From an uncultured Porticoccaceae bacterium (GTDB taxonomy: Bacteria > Pseudomonadota > Gammaproteobacteria > Pseudomonadales > Porticoccaceae), in the NCBI GenBank assembly GCA_964276005.1, contig CAXYDV010000012.1, forward strand, positions 37,878 to 101,877: a stretch of 64,000 nt of DNA, given 5' to 3'. The translations under genes were made by a program, and so were the position numbers. This document shows, in pieces, positions 63,090 to 64,000 of this stretch. The stretch's first letter is position 1; every line of letters begins with the position of its first letter. The notes below the pieces were generated by a model, which did no database searches, was not told the DNA's origin, and saw only the letters and a list, made by a program, of their open reading frames with translations.

Positions 63090-64000
63090 TTAAATCAATT
63101 CGCCAAGATGTTCTTTACGAAATGGTTTTAGATCATCCATTCGTTTCGCTTCAACCAGATTAACCCAGTCTGGATTTGAAATCAGTGCGCGGCCGACGGC
63201 CACTAGATCAAACTCATTCTGGTCTAGGCGATACAATAAGGTATCTAAGCTGGCAGGGTCCGCCTCTTTAAAATGCGCTTCGCCCGGCTTGGGGGTAAAG
63301 TCTGCATCTAGTCCTACACTGCCTACGGTAATGGCGGGCTTGCCGGTAATCTGTTGGGTCCAGCCTGCTAGGTTTAATTCACTGCCTTCAAATTCTGGCT
63401 CCCAGAAGCGTCTCTGTGAGCAGTGGAAGATATCCACACCAGCTTCAGACAGTGGCATTAGAAAACGCTCTAGCTCTTCTGGCGTGACGGCTAGACGTGC
63501 TGTGTAATCCTGCTGCTTCCACTGCGACCAGCGGAAAATAATGGGGTAGTCTGGGCCTACGGCGGCGCGAACTGCGCTAATCACTTCCACAGCAAAACGA
63601 CCACGGTTTTCTATGGAGCCAGCATAGTGATCCTCGCGTTGGTTGGTGCCTTCCCAGAAAAACTGATCAATCAAGTAACCATGGGCACCGTGCAGCTCAA
63701 CCGCATCACAGCCAATGGCTTTGGCATCGGCGGCAGCCTGCGCAAAGGCGGCGACCACGTCGTCTATATCTTGCTGGGTCATCACATGGCGATTGGCCTT
63801 GCCCGGCACATTCATGCCCGAGGGGCCATAGCCCGGCACGTCACCTTCGGGCATGGTACCTGCTTTACGCACGGCGCCTACATGCCAAAGCTGGGGAGCT
63901 ATTTTTCCGCCTGCGGCGTGTACGGCATCCACTACTTTTTTCCAGCCTGCCAGTCGCGCTTCGCCATGGAAATACGGCACACCGGGATAGCCACTGGCAC
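63090..64000 (-). CDS. NADH:flavin oxidoreductase (old yellow enzyme family), 5' end outside the window
   Basis: QLWHVG, ELHGAHGYLIDQF, VAVGRALISNPDW. The frame stays open upstream of the GTG at 63980 (ASGYPGVPYFHG) to the window edge. Confidence 0.9.
   Translation of the reverse strand, partial: ASGYPGVPYFHGEARLAGWKKVVDAVHAAGGKIAPQLWHVGAVRKAGTMPEGDVPGYGPSGMNVPGKANRHVMTQQDIDDVVAAFAQAAADAKAIGCDAVELHGAHGYLIDQFFWEGTNQREDHYAGSIENRGRFAVEVISAVRAAVGPDYPIIFRWSQWKQQDYTARLAVTPEELERFLMPLSEAGVDIFHCSQRRFWEPEFEGSELNLAGWTQQITGKPAITVGSVGLDADFTPKPGEAHFKEADPASLDTLLYRLDQNEFDLVAVGRALISNPDWVNLVEAKRMDDLKPFRKEHLGELI

Noticed and set aside
1-64000. Mobile elements, prophage, defence systems, tRNA or rRNA genes
   Set aside because: No transposase, integrase, phage, toxin-antitoxin, R-M or cas ORFs and no tRNA or rRNA signatures were recognised; nearly all sequence is accounted for by the listed genes.

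Overview
Chromosomal segment of a gammaproteobacterium of about 50% GC. The gene order is Pseudomonas/Cellvibrionales-like; a marine Porticoccaceae/SAR92-type heterotroph is my inference, not verified. The left ~41 kb is mostly core genes on the minus strand: rnd(partial)-recR-ybaB-dnaX-ffs, a peptide ABC transporter, msrA, the leuCDB-asd-fimV-truA-trpF-accD-folC-dedD-cvpA-purF-metZ block, aroC-prmB, folE, sixA-gpsA, htpG, a SulP permease, rhlE, and a LysR-linked cysC-sat-DHH-VOC sulfate-activation module. The right ~22 kb is an accessory catabolic cluster: flavin oxidoreductases, an APH-type kinase, beta-oxidation enzymes, four glutathione-dependent proteins, two candidate sulfatases, a TetR and a PQQ quinohemoprotein. 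The best observations are: (1) a complete E. coli-style -1 ribosomal frameshift cassette in dnaX; (2) a ~200-bp long-hairpin palindromic element between leuB and asd; (3) a sulfur-oxidizer-type Sat paired with APS kinase and a DHH phosphoesterase that may recycle PAP; (4) an ACAD10/11- or Lva-like kinase plus acyl-CoA dehydrogenase set within a lipid/organosulfate catabolic island; (5) three tandem-repeat loci sharing one 10-bp core. I saw no tRNA, rRNA, CRISPR array, transposase or integrase. Functional calls come from motif recognition only; no searches were run.
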